IMG/VR virus record: IMGVR_UViG_3300045049_000286
Span: 43,981 to 107,980 of that record
DNA length: 64,000 nt
Source of the DNA: a virus
Reading direction: 5' to 3' (one strand)
Position numbers and translations under genes: made by a program. The notes under the pieces were generated by a model. The model was not told the DNA's origin, ran no database searches, and saw only the letters and a list, made by a program, of their open reading frames with translations. Each line of letters opens with the position of its first letter. The stretch's first letter is position 1. Of the stretch, positions 17,200-26,889 are shown piece after piece.

Positions 17200-19050
17200 G
17201 CGGTCCCCTCTCTGGTTTTCGTGGGATACGGGAATTGGTGCCTAGGTGGGTTCCGATGGTTCCCACCTACGGGCGCGGTGCGTCTAAGCCATGTCTCAGG
17301 CTCAAACCGGCGCACCGCGCCCCTAGGCGAAGGTTGTGCGTGCCTCTCGCTACGCGTTCGGCACGTCAGAGAAAGCGCGCCTGCCAAGCGCACATATCTC
17401 CCGCCCGTTTCCTCTCCTCGTTACGGGCAGAACTCACGTCACCACATGTCACCGCACGCCGTGCCAGCACGGGAGCGTGTCATTCGGCTACTTGCTTTCG
17501 CGTGGCAATGCACGGTCAGTGCGCATGTAAAAGGCGCACCGCTCCCAATGCATCGCAGACGCTATTCGCGTTCGCGTCACCTAGCCATGCGCACGGCGCA
17601 TGACTGACATGGTGGGGATGTAGCGCGGCGGACCGCGCGGGACATAGCTGTCCCGTTGTCAAGGAACTCGCGAGAGGGCAGACCCCTCCCCTTGCAGCGC
17701 TACCGGCGCGGCCGACGCGGAAGATCACGCGCCCAAACCCGCGCTCACCGGACCGGCCACTCAACCCCCCGCGTAGCGGGTGGGGAGCCTGCCTGCCGTC
17801 CGTGGTGGCGACGGGAACAACCATCCTCGCTTTTGGTCTCAGAACGAGCACACCCATATAACAGCGAGATAACTATAGGGAAGACGCAGGTCAGAGCCTA
17901 TGTGATCAAGGAAAATAATTCCGTCCGCACGCGCAGCGATGTCCCGCTATGCCGCGTATGCCCGTTTCTCCAAGATCACCGTTACATAAAAGTGATGTCG
18001 GCTTTGGGCATGAAATTCGCATATGTCTAGTCCAAAACGAACTAGGACAGACAGGGGCAAGCTGTGACACGCGCCGGGCCGCGAACTCGCGCAAGGCCCC
18101 GCCAGCGCGTCTTTTGCCCCAAAATGTCCGTCTCAAAATATGGACGCGCGGGGGACAAATAGGACACGCCCGAAACGGGCCTACAGGGTATCTCTCGCAC
18201 GCGTAACCCCTACTCAGGTACCGCGCGCCAACCGCTACCCGCGCGCGTCTGAGACGTGCCCTAGGTGCGTTTTTCGGGCCTGCTAGGTCTCCAGCCGTAC
18301 CCGCCCCTAGTCCACTTCCCCGCCTCCCCGGCGCAAGCGGACGCGCCCGCTCCATGTGACGCGGCGTCAAGCGGAGGTTCGCGCTCCGGCGGGAGTTGGT
18401 GCCAGCGCGCCATGCGGACGGCCACGCTCCGTGTGATGCCGCATCACATGGACGCAGAGCCTCCGCTATCGCTCTCCGTGACAACCGGCATTTGTCGCAT
18501 GTCGGATACGTACGATGTACGCGGGTATGAGGGAGCATGTCGGACATCGCGCGAATGTCGCGGATGCCAGGTGTGCCCGACATGTGATGACATGACGGAC
18601 ATAAGCAGTACCTCCCGCGATGTCCGTTTTTTCTCTTACCAATATTCTTACTTAAATCCTCGTGATCAAGATATGCGCGGAGAGTATTTTGATCATGGCC
18701 TAAAGTGATGCTGACGCACGGTAATGGTTATTACTGTGCGTGAGAACAGGCATTTCGGACAGCTACGCGCGTAAACGTATGATGTCCAACCATATGCACT
18801 CATGGGGGTTTGAAGTGGTGCAGAAATGGGGATTCCAGGCGTATGCGGTGATGTCCCGCTAAATACGGACATAGATGGACGACCCCCCACCATTAAGTCA
18901 TTTCCTCCCAAAACGGGCGGCCTGGTCCCGAGCGCACATCGCCGCGATACGCGCATAGGCAGTGTCCGCCGGCCGGGCAGTATCACTGTACGTGAAAATC
19001 GGCCCTCCGCACGGGCATGGGCAAAATACGCAAACCGGGCATGCGGCGGT
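17200..19050. other. large non-coding divergence region (candidate origin, genome-end or early-promoter region)
   Basis: No ORF with phage codon bias, AT-richer patches, genes diverge on both sides, repeated ATGTC(C/G) motif. Confidence 0.65.
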
Positions 19051-19067
19051 GGAATATGCTCGCCGGC

Positions 19068-19439
19068 ATGACTGACGCAGACGCTGAGCGCACCGCCCTC
19101 ACCCCCGAGCTGCTCGCCCAGGCGCTCGACGAGGTCGACGAGGAGATCGAGCGATGGAAGGACGAAGGGTCGATCGAGGAAGGCAGCGGAGCGGCCGGCT
19201 GTCTCGACCTTCTCCGCGAGGCGCTCGCCCGTCGCGGCATCGAGCTGCCAGACGCACCGGCGGAAAAGGTCGGCGAGGCCCCGCTGGTGACGATCCCGAT
19301 CCGGACGCGGAAGCCGGCGAAGTGGCGCTTCGTGGACACCGAGACGGGCGAGGTCTGGCGCTGGGACGTGGCGGCCGGCACGTTCGTGCGCGACGAGGGC
19401 ACGGTCTACATGGACGCCGGCGGCGGTCCAACTGCTTGA
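19068..19439 (+). CDS. hypothetical protein (probably leaderless)
   Basis: TATGCT 7 nt before ATG, no RBS, high GC3. Confidence 0.75.
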   Translation: MTDADAERTALTPELLAQALDEVDEEIERWKDEGSIEEGSGAAGCLDLLREALARRGIELPDAPAEKVGEAPLVTIPIRTRKPAKWRFVDTETGEVWRWDVAAGTFVRDEGTVYMDAGGGPTA

Positions 19440-19579
19440 ATAGTCAGGCCCCTAGGTCGGGGAGCATGGCGCAGGCTGGACACGCGGCCCGCCCGTTTGG
19501 GCATCGACTCGCTTCCACGTCCTGCGCCATGCTGGCGGCCACGCGCCTTTGGAGGCCGGCGCGGGCGCATAATGCGCTC

Positions 19580-19927
19580 GTGACCGATCAACTCGACTTC
19601 GACGGCTGCAGCCGCTCGTGCCGGCCTCGCAAGAAGCCCCGGAAACACACCTTCGTCTGGGGGCAGTGCGCGCACGCCGAGCGGCCCGAGCAGCGCATCA
19701 ACATCGGCCCGCGCGTGTTCAAAGCCGAGGACGGCGAGATGTCCATCGGCTACGAGACGTTCACCTTGACCCAGATGGCCGACAAGGTCGAGGCCGCGCT
19801 GCGGTCGGTGGAAGCGCGCCTCGGCCCGTACGGCTTCTCTGCGCGGGGTGCCGCCGGCGGCCTTACCGGCGCGGAGTACCAGGCGATGGCGCTGGCGGTG
19901 GCGCGGATGCTGGCCGGCGATGAGTGA
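19580..19927 (+). CDS. hypothetical protein (probably leaderless)
   Basis: CATAAT 6 nt before GTG. Confidence 0.7.
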   Translation: MTDQLDFDGCSRSCRPRKKPRKHTFVWGQCAHAERPEQRINIGPRVFKAEDGEMSIGYETFTLTQMADKVEAALRSVEARLGPYGFSARGAAGGLTGAEYQAMALAVARMLAGDE

Positions 19928-20123
19928 GCCGGCGGACTTCGTGGTGGAGACCTTCGAGGACGGCAGCCAGCGCACGCGGCTGGACCGGCTCACCGACGGT
20001 CGCGTGATGTGCTGCATCTGCTTCGAGTACGTCACCCGTGAGCGTCTCAACCTGCTGCCAGACGGGCGGGTTGAGGACGTGTGCGTGGACTGCGCCAGGG
20101 CGGAGGGGCGAGCGCTCCCGTAA
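19920..20123 (+). CDS. small zinc-binding protein
   Basis: CCIC...CVDC. Confidence 0.7.
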   Translation: MSEPADFVVETFEDGSQRTRLDRLTDGRVMCCICFEYVTRERLNLLPDGRVEDVCVDCARAEGRALP

Positions 20124-20223
20124 ATGTCGCGGCGTCACATTTTCGCAAAGGTCCGGTGCATATGCGCTGCGGTCTGGGAGGGTTGCGTCTCTACATCCCT
20201 CTCACACGTTGGGGAAGACCGTC

Positions 20224-20733
20224 ATGGCTATGCCTGGTTACACGCCGCCGGCCGCTGCTGAGCAGCCGAAGAAGAAGGGGGGCTGCGCGAAGGTCGGGTG
20301 CCTGGGCGCGGCCGGCGTCCTGGTGCTCGTCGCGGTGGTGGCCGTCGCGGCGAACTACGGGTCGTCGTCGAGTAGTTCGTCGGCTGGTGGTGCGACGTCG
20401 AAGGCTGCCGCGCCGGCGTCGGGTGCTGCGGCGCCGGTGACGTCGAAGGCTGCCGCGCCGGCGGTGGTGCTCAAGCTCGCGGGCAACGGCATCAAGAACT
20501 CGCCCCAGTTCACCACCGGCGACAACTGGACCGTCAACTACAGCTACGACTGCTCGGGCGTACTCGGGGGCCAGGGGAACTTCCAGGTCTACGTGGACTA
20601 CCCGGGCGGGGACGTCGCGGTGAACGAGCTGGGGGCGAAGGGTGCTTCGAGCAGCTCGGAGTCGGGTGCGGGGGCGCATTCGCTCAAGGTCGTGTCGGAG
20701 TGCCCGTGGACGGTGACGGTGACGAACGGCTGA
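20224..20733 (+). CDS. membrane-anchored protein (TM helix, Ser/Ala linker, beta-rich C-domain)
   Basis: KKKGGC...LVLVAVVAVAA then low-complexity linker. Confidence 0.85.
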   Translation: MAMPGYTPPAAAEQPKKKGGCAKVGCLGAAGVLVLVAVVAVAANYGSSSSSSSAGGATSKAAAPASGAAAPVTSKAAAPAVVLKLAGNGIKNSPQFTTGDNWTVNYSYDCSGVLGGQGNFQVYVDYPGGDVAVNELGAKGASSSSESGAGAHSLKVVSECPWTVTVTNG

Positions 20734-21590
20734 CTTGCCCCTGGCGTGTCGCGGTGAACCCGCAGCTCGGAGGGGTGGCGCGCGGAAATGCGCATGGTTA
20801 GGTTGCGAATGCGCACCGTGAATGCAACAGTGGTGGCCGTCCGGAAGCGGGGCCCGAATCCCTGCCAGGGACGGCTGTCACCTGCATGTATGGCTGCGTC
20901 TGGCTTTGCGTAGGTTGCAGTCCCTTTTGGGCGCCGGCGCGTCCAGCACACTCCTCAACGCGCTGGCGCCCACTTGATCGACCGCCGCGTGCATGGGTAC
21001 TCCACAAGTCCCGGAGGTGGCGGTTTGGAGGCCGGCCTTTTTCGGGAGGTCGGACGAGGCCGGCCTCCGCCCATGCTCCCGGCGAGCCGTTCGTCACCCC
21101 TTGCCTCGCCGGGCGGCGGGCGTCCTGCCGGATCGTCAGGCGGCGAAGGACGGGGCGCCCGCCATACTGATCGGCCGGCGTGCGGGGAGCCGTCGGCCGT
21201 GGGCGCCGGTTGCCCATTCCCCCCTTGGCCGGCGTCCCATGTGGCCGGTTTCCGACGCCCGGCCGCCGGCTCGCAGCGTGTGTTCGTCGTCACCGCGCTG
21301 CGAGCCGTGCATTTTTTCTCCGGCGTGGCGCGTGCGTCTGTTGCGTGTGCGTAGCGCTAGCGTTCTGGGCCGTGACCTGGGGGTTGGCGTGGGAATGGTC
21401 AACTCTCCTTACTGCCTATGAGTTTGCTCTGAGCGTGTCTCGCGGTGCGGAGGGGGCCGGTGTGAAATTTGAGAAAGGTCTTGATGTGTGCGCTGTGCGC
21501 ATTAAGCTCCGATCATCGAGCGGCTGAAAATGCTTGCACCGACTTGCGGTTCGGTGTGGCTGCCGCATGTCTTGACGCGGGATGAGGGGG
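20734..21590. ncRNA. candidate structured non-coding RNA region
   Basis: About 850 nt without a credible CDS, with a series of long GC-rich stems containing G-U pairs. Confidence 0.4.
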
Positions 21591-21595
21591 CACAG

Positions 21596-21901
21596 GTGAG
21601 CACGACACCGTTGTTGCCGCATGTCCACGAGCTGATGGCCCGTACGGAGCGGCCTGGGACGTACGAGCCGTCCTCGGCGGGCATGGCGCACGTGGCGGAG
21701 ACTCAGGAGGCGTACCACGAGACGCCGGAGGAGGTGCGGCTGTTGCTGCAGGGTGGCGCGATTGAGGCCCTGCGGCACGGGTTCTACGGCGCCGCGCACG
21801 TGTTGGTGACCGAGTTGGCGCTCGGGGAGCCGCAGTGGCGTGACTGGCTGGCGGTGGCGGCGGCGCGGGATTTCGTGACCGCGCTGCGGGATGTCGCGTA
21901 A
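21596..21901 (+). CDS. hypothetical protein
   Basis: GAGGGGG RBS before GTG. Confidence 0.7.
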   Translation: MSTTPLLPHVHELMARTERPGTYEPSSAGMAHVAETQEAYHETPEEVRLLLQGGAIEALRHGFYGAAHVLVTELALGEPQWRDWLAVAAARDFVTALRDVA

Positions 21902-21949
21902 GGGAGCGGTCCTGATGGCGTGGGACGACATCATCCGGATGGAGAGGCC

Positions 21950-22294
21950 ATGAGTGAGGAGTGGCGTCCGCAGCAGATGGTGCGGGTGCGCAGGATGTTC
22001 GAGCGGCTGCGGCAGGTGTTCGCGCCGGATGGTCAGTTCATGGAGCGTGTGAGGCGCGACACGCTGCTGTACGACAAGGACGAGGCGCAGGTTAGGGCCG
22101 TGTTGCGGGCCGGCGCGAGCATGGCACTCGAACGGGGGTTCGATGAGCAGGCGTACACTGCCACGCGGGAGCTGGTGATCCGCTCTCCGCGCCAGCGGAG
22201 CTGGAGGGTCGTGGTTGCCGTCATCCAGTGGCTGGAGAATTGGCTTGAACGCGATCAAGGGGGTTCTCCAGCGGATGTGGTGCCGGCGGTGTGA
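21950..22294 (+). CDS. hypothetical protein
   Basis: GGAGAGG RBS. Confidence 0.7.
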   Translation: MSEEWRPQQMVRVRRMFERLRQVFAPDGQFMERVRRDTLLYDKDEAQVRAVLRAGASMALERGFDEQAYTATRELVIRSPRQRSWRVVVAVIQWLENWLERDQGGSPADVVPAV

Positions 22295-22421
22295 CGGTGG
22301 GGCCGGCATCGCCATAGAGAAGGCAGTGTGTCCGGCGCGTCACCCTGTGGCGGCGTTGCGGCCGTGGGTTCCGAGGGTCTGTCCGGACTGTAAGGGGACG
22401 AATTGGATCACGCTGCGTTAG
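22276..22421 (+). CDS. small zinc-finger protein
   Basis: MWCRRCDG...CPDCKG, ends before terminator. Confidence 0.5.
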
Positions 22422-22438
22422 TTGGCGTCCTGGATGTA

Positions 22439-22473
22439 CGAAAGCTCCCGCGAGAGGTGCGCGGGGGCTTTCG
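22439..22473 (+). terminator. intrinsic terminator
   Basis: CGAAAGCTCCCGCG...CGCGGGGGCTTTCG. Confidence 0.7.
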
Positions 22474-22647
22474 TCGTTCTGGCCGTCTGATGATTTTTTC
22501 GGACGGTAGTGCTGGTCAAGCGGTTTGACGCTCCGTCAGTGCGCTGCATATGCATCACTATCTCGCGCATATGTCTTCCGATCTTGCTACTGGGAGTGCT
22601 ACCAAAGACACAGAGCGCAACACGGCGCTCGTGACCGAGGAGGCCCC

Positions 22648-22896
22648 ATGGCCCAGGACATCGACAAGATCGCGATCTACGCCGCCAGCGTGATCGGCGA
22701 GCCGGAGACGCTGTGCGGCGGCGGCCAGGACAACGACGGTTCCATGGAGTCCTGCGTCCGGTACATCCCCGTCGAGGGCGGCGTGGCGCTGCAGGACACC
22801 AAGCTCGGCGACGGCAGCCCGGAGCTGCGGTTCGACGTGGACGAGCTGCGTGCCCTGGGCCGCAAGATCCGCGACGAGCACGGCCTGGACGTGTAG
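22648..22896 (+). CDS. DUF397 (BldB/Scr2-like) family protein
   Basis: ESCVRY...GGVALQDTK...PELRFDVDELRAL matches the DUF397 CV...V.vRDSK...L.F...E pattern; GAGGAGG RBS. Confidence 0.75.
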   Translation: MAQDIDKIAIYAASVIGEPETLCGGGQDNDGSMESCVRYIPVEGGVALQDTKLGDGSPELRFDVDELRALGRKIRDEHGLDV

Positions 22897-22980
22897 TCCT
22901 GCAGTCCTTCCCGCATGAAGCAGGGCGCCCTTGCGCTAATCAAGGGCGCCCTGCGCCGTTCCCAGCGTAGGAGATCTTGC

Positions 22981-23874
22981 ATGAAGCTCGAAAGCCTCTT
23001 CCCCGGCGAGGACCTGCACACCGCGTGGCCCGCCAAGCCGCTGCTGCACCACCACGGCCCCGGCGCGTTCGACCACCTGCTCACCCTCCAGCAGGTCGAC
23101 GACCTGATCGACCACGACTGCCTGCCGATGGGCAACGTCGCGATCCTGCAGGACAACAGGCCCGTGGACGACCGCCTCTACGTGGGCGAGCAGGGCCTGC
23201 CCCGGCGCGGCGCCGTGCGCGCGTACCTGGACGCCGGTGCAACGCTGTCGGTGCGCGGCATGGAGCGCCTGTTCCCGCGCCTGGCGGAGCTGCGCGATGA
23301 GTACCAGGAGCAGACGGGGTATCTGACGCACATTAACGCGTACTACACGCCTCCTGGGCAGCAGGGCCTCAAGTACCACTACGACCCGTACGCGACGCTG
23401 GTCCTGCAGATCTCCGGGGCCAAGGTGTGGCCGTTCCACGAGCCGTTCGTGGAGAACCCGGTGCAGGAGTTCGAGAGCTTCCACACGCGTGGGTTCACCG
23501 AGGAGGAGAAGGAGATCCTGCGGACGACGAAGGCCCCGTTCACGCAGATCCTGACCCCCGGGGATGCCTTCTTTCTGCCTCGCGGGTATCCGCACTCGCC
23601 GTTCAATGGCACGCCGGACGAGCCGTCGCTGCACATCACGATCGCGCTCAAGGAGCGGCCCCGGGTGTGGTTCGTGAGGCAGCTCCTGGCCGAGGTCGAG
23701 GCGCAGGCGATCCAGCGGCCGGACATGCGGGTGGCGGTGCGGCCGTCGCGGGTCACGGACGACCCGATGCCGGCGGTCGAGGACGCGGTGGAGTGGCTGC
23801 TGGGTGCGCTGCAGGTTCTGCCGAAGGAGGACTTCGCCCGCCGCATCGTCCACGCGGCGCGGACGGAGCGCTAG
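22981..23874 (+). CDS. JmjC/cupin-4 (ROX/YcfD-like) 2OG-Fe(II) oxygenase
   Basis: NAYYTP...HYD...LVLQISGAKVW...LTPGDAFFLPRGYPH...SLHITI; HxD...H triad. Confidence 0.88.
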   Translation: MKLESLFPGEDLHTAWPAKPLLHHHGPGAFDHLLTLQQVDDLIDHDCLPMGNVAILQDNRPVDDRLYVGEQGLPRRGAVRAYLDAGATLSVRGMERLFPRLAELRDEYQEQTGYLTHINAYYTPPGQQGLKYHYDPYATLVLQISGAKVWPFHEPFVENPVQEFESFHTRGFTEEEKEILRTTKAPFTQILTPGDAFFLPRGYPHSPFNGTPDEPSLHITIALKERPRVWFVRQLLAEVEAQAIQRPDMRVAVRPSRVTDDPMPAVEDAVEWLLGALQVLPKEDFARRIVHAARTER

Positions 23875-23890
23875 CGTGGGGCCTGTGAAC

Positions 23891-24373
23891 ATGCAGGAGT
23901 ACCGCGCGCCGGCCATCGACTGGCGCTCGCGGCTGGAGGGCCCCGTCGTGCCCGGGTTGCACTACCACGGGTACACGTGGGCGGGGGACGCTGGGGATCT
24001 CGCCAGCTACAAGCTCACGAACCTGGAGCGGCGGGTGGAGGGCCCCCAGTTTCTGTCCTCGGACCTGCCGCCGGAGCTGGTCGCTCACTACCTGCTGCGA
24101 CCCGCCGGGGCGCATCGGCGGGACCAGGTGTGGCACTCGCCGGCCGAGGCGGCGGACTGGATACTGGAGCGCTACCTGGAGAACCCCGAGACCCAGCCGT
24201 ACGCGGACCCCGAGAACACGCGGCTGTTCCACGAGGTGACCCTGGAGCACGGACGCGACACGGTTTGGCGGTGGCGCGTGGTGCCCTGTCACCCGCGCAA
24301 GTTCTCCACGACCGTGGTGTGCTGTCCGAACCAATGGGACACCAGCCTCGCGTGTCCCCTGCGCATTCCGTAG
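23891..24373 (+). CDS. hypothetical protein
   Basis: High GC3 ORF directly after cupin. Confidence 0.75.
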   Translation: MQEYRAPAIDWRSRLEGPVVPGLHYHGYTWAGDAGDLASYKLTNLERRVEGPQFLSSDLPPELVAHYLLRPAGAHRRDQVWHSPAEAADWILERYLENPETQPYADPENTRLFHEVTLEHGRDTVWRWRVVPCHPRKFSTTVVCCPNQWDTSLACPLRIP

Positions 24374-24508
24374 CGACGCTGCTACATTTTCGAGGCGGCC
24401 TCCAGTGCCGCCATCCGGCGCCCGCCTGTGTGCGCCCGGGTGAACCCCCCGCTGCGTGGGACCGTCTGCGGGGGGTTCCCGCATTTCCAAGCGATACGGT
24501 CGCGGACG

Positions 24509-24967
24509 ATGACGATTACATCTGCGCAGCTCAGGATGGCTTGTTCCGGCTGTGGTGCGGTGCGGCACGCCACGTTCAAGGGCATGTCGATGAGCGCGAT
24601 CCGGCGGGAATGCATGAACAGGTACGGGTGGGATCTGGGCGACGACGAGGTCGTGTGCGCCTTCTGCCGCTCCCCGCAGGGGGCGGAGCTTCGGGAGTTC
24701 TCCCAGTACCGCGCGGAGATGCAGCGGCTTCGCGACGCGGTCGGGTACTCCTCGATGGGCACCCGCGCCTACAACACGCTGATGCGGCGCGGCGTCGCGA
24801 CGCTGGCGGACCTGCACAGGGTTTCTTCGGAGGAGGTGAAGACGTGGATGTACGTGGGTGGTGCGACGTTCGAGTTCATCGAGCGGGTGCGGCGGGAGAA
24901 TCCGCCGGCGTCGCCGGGCGGTGAGGGCGACGACCAGGTGGCGGCGGCCCAGGACGGTGGTCGCTGA
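24509..24967 (+). CDS. zinc-binding protein with RNA polymerase alpha-CTD-like domain
   Basis: CxxC...CxxC then MGTRAYNTLMRRGVATLADL...VGGATFEFI. Confidence 0.7.
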   Translation: MTITSAQLRMACSGCGAVRHATFKGMSMSAIRRECMNRYGWDLGDDEVVCAFCRSPQGAELREFSQYRAEMQRLRDAVGYSSMGTRAYNTLMRRGVATLADLHRVSSEEVKTWMYVGGATFEFIERVRRENPPASPGGEGDDQVAAAQDGGR

Positions 24968-24980
24968 GCCGGAGGCGGGG

Positions 24981-25223
24981 ATGCCTGGCTCGATCCAGGC
25001 CGCCGCGCGGCTCGGGGAGATGCTCCGGGTGGTGCGCAAGGCGATGTGGAACCTGGCCGGCGCGACCCCGCAGGACCGGAAGCTGATCGTGATGTTCGCC
25101 GTGGCGGAACGCGAGCTGATGGACCTGCAGGAGCTGAACCTGTCACACCCGGGCTGGACTCCGGTGTGGCCGGGCGGCCTGCTGGTGGCGGTGTACGAGT
25201 TGGCGAAGGGGTGGGCGTGGTGA
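24981..25223 (+). CDS. hypothetical protein
   Basis: GGAGG RBS. Confidence 0.65.
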   Translation: MPGSIQAAARLGEMLRVVRKAMWNLAGATPQDRKLIVMFAVAERELMDLQELNLSHPGWTPVWPGGLLVAVYELAKGWAW

Positions 25224-25450
25224 AAGGCAGACTGGCGCTGCAGGCGACGGTGTGGACGGCGTTCTACATGGTCGTGGGGATGGGGCTGTGGCACCTGATC
25301 GGTGTGGTGGGGGCGCAGCTTGCGGTGATGCTGGCGGTGGTGGTCGGTGCGTCGCTGTCGCTGGTGGCGGGCTGGGTGTACGAGGACTACCTGGTGCACC
25401 GGCTTCGCGAGCAGCGGCATGGCGGGGAAATGCGGCACCGTGTCCGGTAG
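25220..25450 (+). CDS. small two-TM membrane protein
   Basis: Two hydrophobic segments, GTGA overlap. Confidence 0.7.
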   Translation: MKGRLALQATVWTAFYMVVGMGLWHLIGVVGAQLAVMLAVVVGASLSLVAGWVYEDYLVHRLREQRHGGEMRHRVR

Positions 25451-25538
25451 TGGCATTTCTGCATTCGTGCGGTAGCGTCTGTGGTGCGCCGAGGTGCGGG
25501 TGATCCGCAGTCGCTCCTTCGGTGCTTTCCACGGGGGT

Positions 25539-25587
25539 AAGCCCCCTCTCTGTCCGGCTTGGGGGCCGGCGCCGGGGAGGGGGCTTC
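25539..25587 (+). terminator. terminator-like hairpin
   Basis: AAGCCCCCTC...GAGGGGGCTT. Confidence 0.5.
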
Positions 25588-25606
25588 GTCGCATCTTGGA
25601 GGCAGT

Positions 25607-25978
25607 GTGGAAGACGTTTCGCTCGGCCAGGTCGCGTATACGGCGTACGGCCGCACCACCGGTTTCAAGAACTACCAGGGCCTGCCGATGCCCTCGTGGG
25701 AGGACCTGGGGGACACGATCCGGCGGGCGTGGGAGAACGCCGCCTCGGCCGCGCAGAGCGCCACGCGGATTCTGCTGGCGGCGGCCCAGTCGAGGGCGAA
25801 CTACGCCGATGTGTGGGCCGAGCTGGAGGGCTGGGTGCAGGGCGCCTACCAGGAGAACGCGCGGATCGACCCGGCCGAGCTGCTCGGATACATGGACGAG
25901 CTGCGGCACCGGGCTCACGGCCCGCTGCGGGCCTGGATGAACAACCCCACCGGAGCCGGCGAGGAGGGTGCGCGGTGA
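25607..25978 (+). CDS. hypothetical protein
   Basis: GGAGG RBS; GQVAYTAY...MPSWEDL...AWENAA motif. Confidence 0.8.
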   Translation: MEDVSLGQVAYTAYGRTTGFKNYQGLPMPSWEDLGDTIRRAWENAASAAQSATRILLAAAQSRANYADVWAELEGWVQGAYQENARIDPAELLGYMDELRHRAHGPLRAWMNNPTGAGEEGAR

Positions 25979-26493
25979 CCGTGGACAACGGCCTGCCGGC
26001 GCCTGCGGGGCCGGACGAGATCGACGGGGCCCTGGGGCGGGCGGCCCGTGTCCCGCGCAGCGACGACTGGCCGGCGACGCTGGACGCGTTCGTCGTCACC
26101 GCTCCGAGGTGGCATCCGTTGTGGAGCCAGTACCTGCTGGCGCTGATCACGCTGTCCGACATGCCCGGGGTGGGACCGGCCTACAGGGAGTTCGAGGGGG
26201 CGACCCACCAGGTCATCGTCATGGCGATGGACCCCGACCACGGCCCTTACACCCCGGGCAGCTTCGCGGAGAACACGGTGCGGTACCTGCTCCCGGGCAA
26301 CATCGGGCACCAGTTCAAGGCCACCGACGAGCAGGCCCTGGACGTCGTGGCGCTGTGCGCGCGGGCGGTGTGCGACGGAGTGCTGAACCCGGAGACGGCC
26401 GACGCCCCGGAGCGTACCCGTGCCGTGTGGGCCAGTGCGATCCAGCAGACCCTGGACCATGACTGCGATCCGCACCACGGGCGCATGAACTGA
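25975..26493 (+). CDS. hypothetical protein
   Basis: GGAGG RBS, GTGA overlap. Confidence 0.8.
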   Translation: MTVDNGLPAPAGPDEIDGALGRAARVPRSDDWPATLDAFVVTAPRWHPLWSQYLLALITLSDMPGVGPAYREFEGATHQVIVMAMDPDHGPYTPGSFAENTVRYLLPGNIGHQFKATDEQALDVVALCARAVCDGVLNPETADAPERTRAVWASAIQQTLDHDCDPHHGRMN

Positions 26494-26599
26494 GCGTCAC
26501 CACGCGGTCCGCGCCGGCCACTGTCGAATCGGGACAAACAGGGGCTACCTGCGAGTAGAAGTGGTCGGCGCCACCGGCGGGCATATACGCGGAGCGTGA

Positions 26600-26791
26600 C
26601 TACTTGTCGGGCTTCGCGGCCTGCTCGTAGCCGCATTCCGTGCATTGGATGTGCGGGACGCCCTCGGCTGCGAGCTTGAGCTGCTCCCCTGCCAGGGAAT
26701 GCGTGCCCAAGTTCTTCGCCACCAGCCGGAAGACGATGCGCAGGGTGGTCTTCTTGCAGGTGGGGCACGGGATCTGGTCGAGCGAAGGCAC
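26600..26791 (-). CDS. small zinc-ribbon protein
   Basis: CPTC...CTEC; GGAGAGG RBS. Confidence 0.75.
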   Translation of the reverse strand: MPSLDQIPCPTCKKTTLRIVFRLVAKNLGTHSLAGEQLKLAAEGVPHIQCTECGYEQAAKPDK

Positions 26792-26889
26792 GGCGGCCTC
26801 TCCTGTCGGTCGTGTCGGGCCATACGGCCCACGGCGTGTTCCGCACGACATTCTGCGACGACATTCACGCGAGGGGTAGGTTGCGCATT

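Noticed and set aside
20394-20463. 25-nt direct repeat GACGTCGAAGGCTGCCGCGCCGGCG
   Set aside because: Two in-frame copies in a low-complexity protein linker; not CRISPR or att-like
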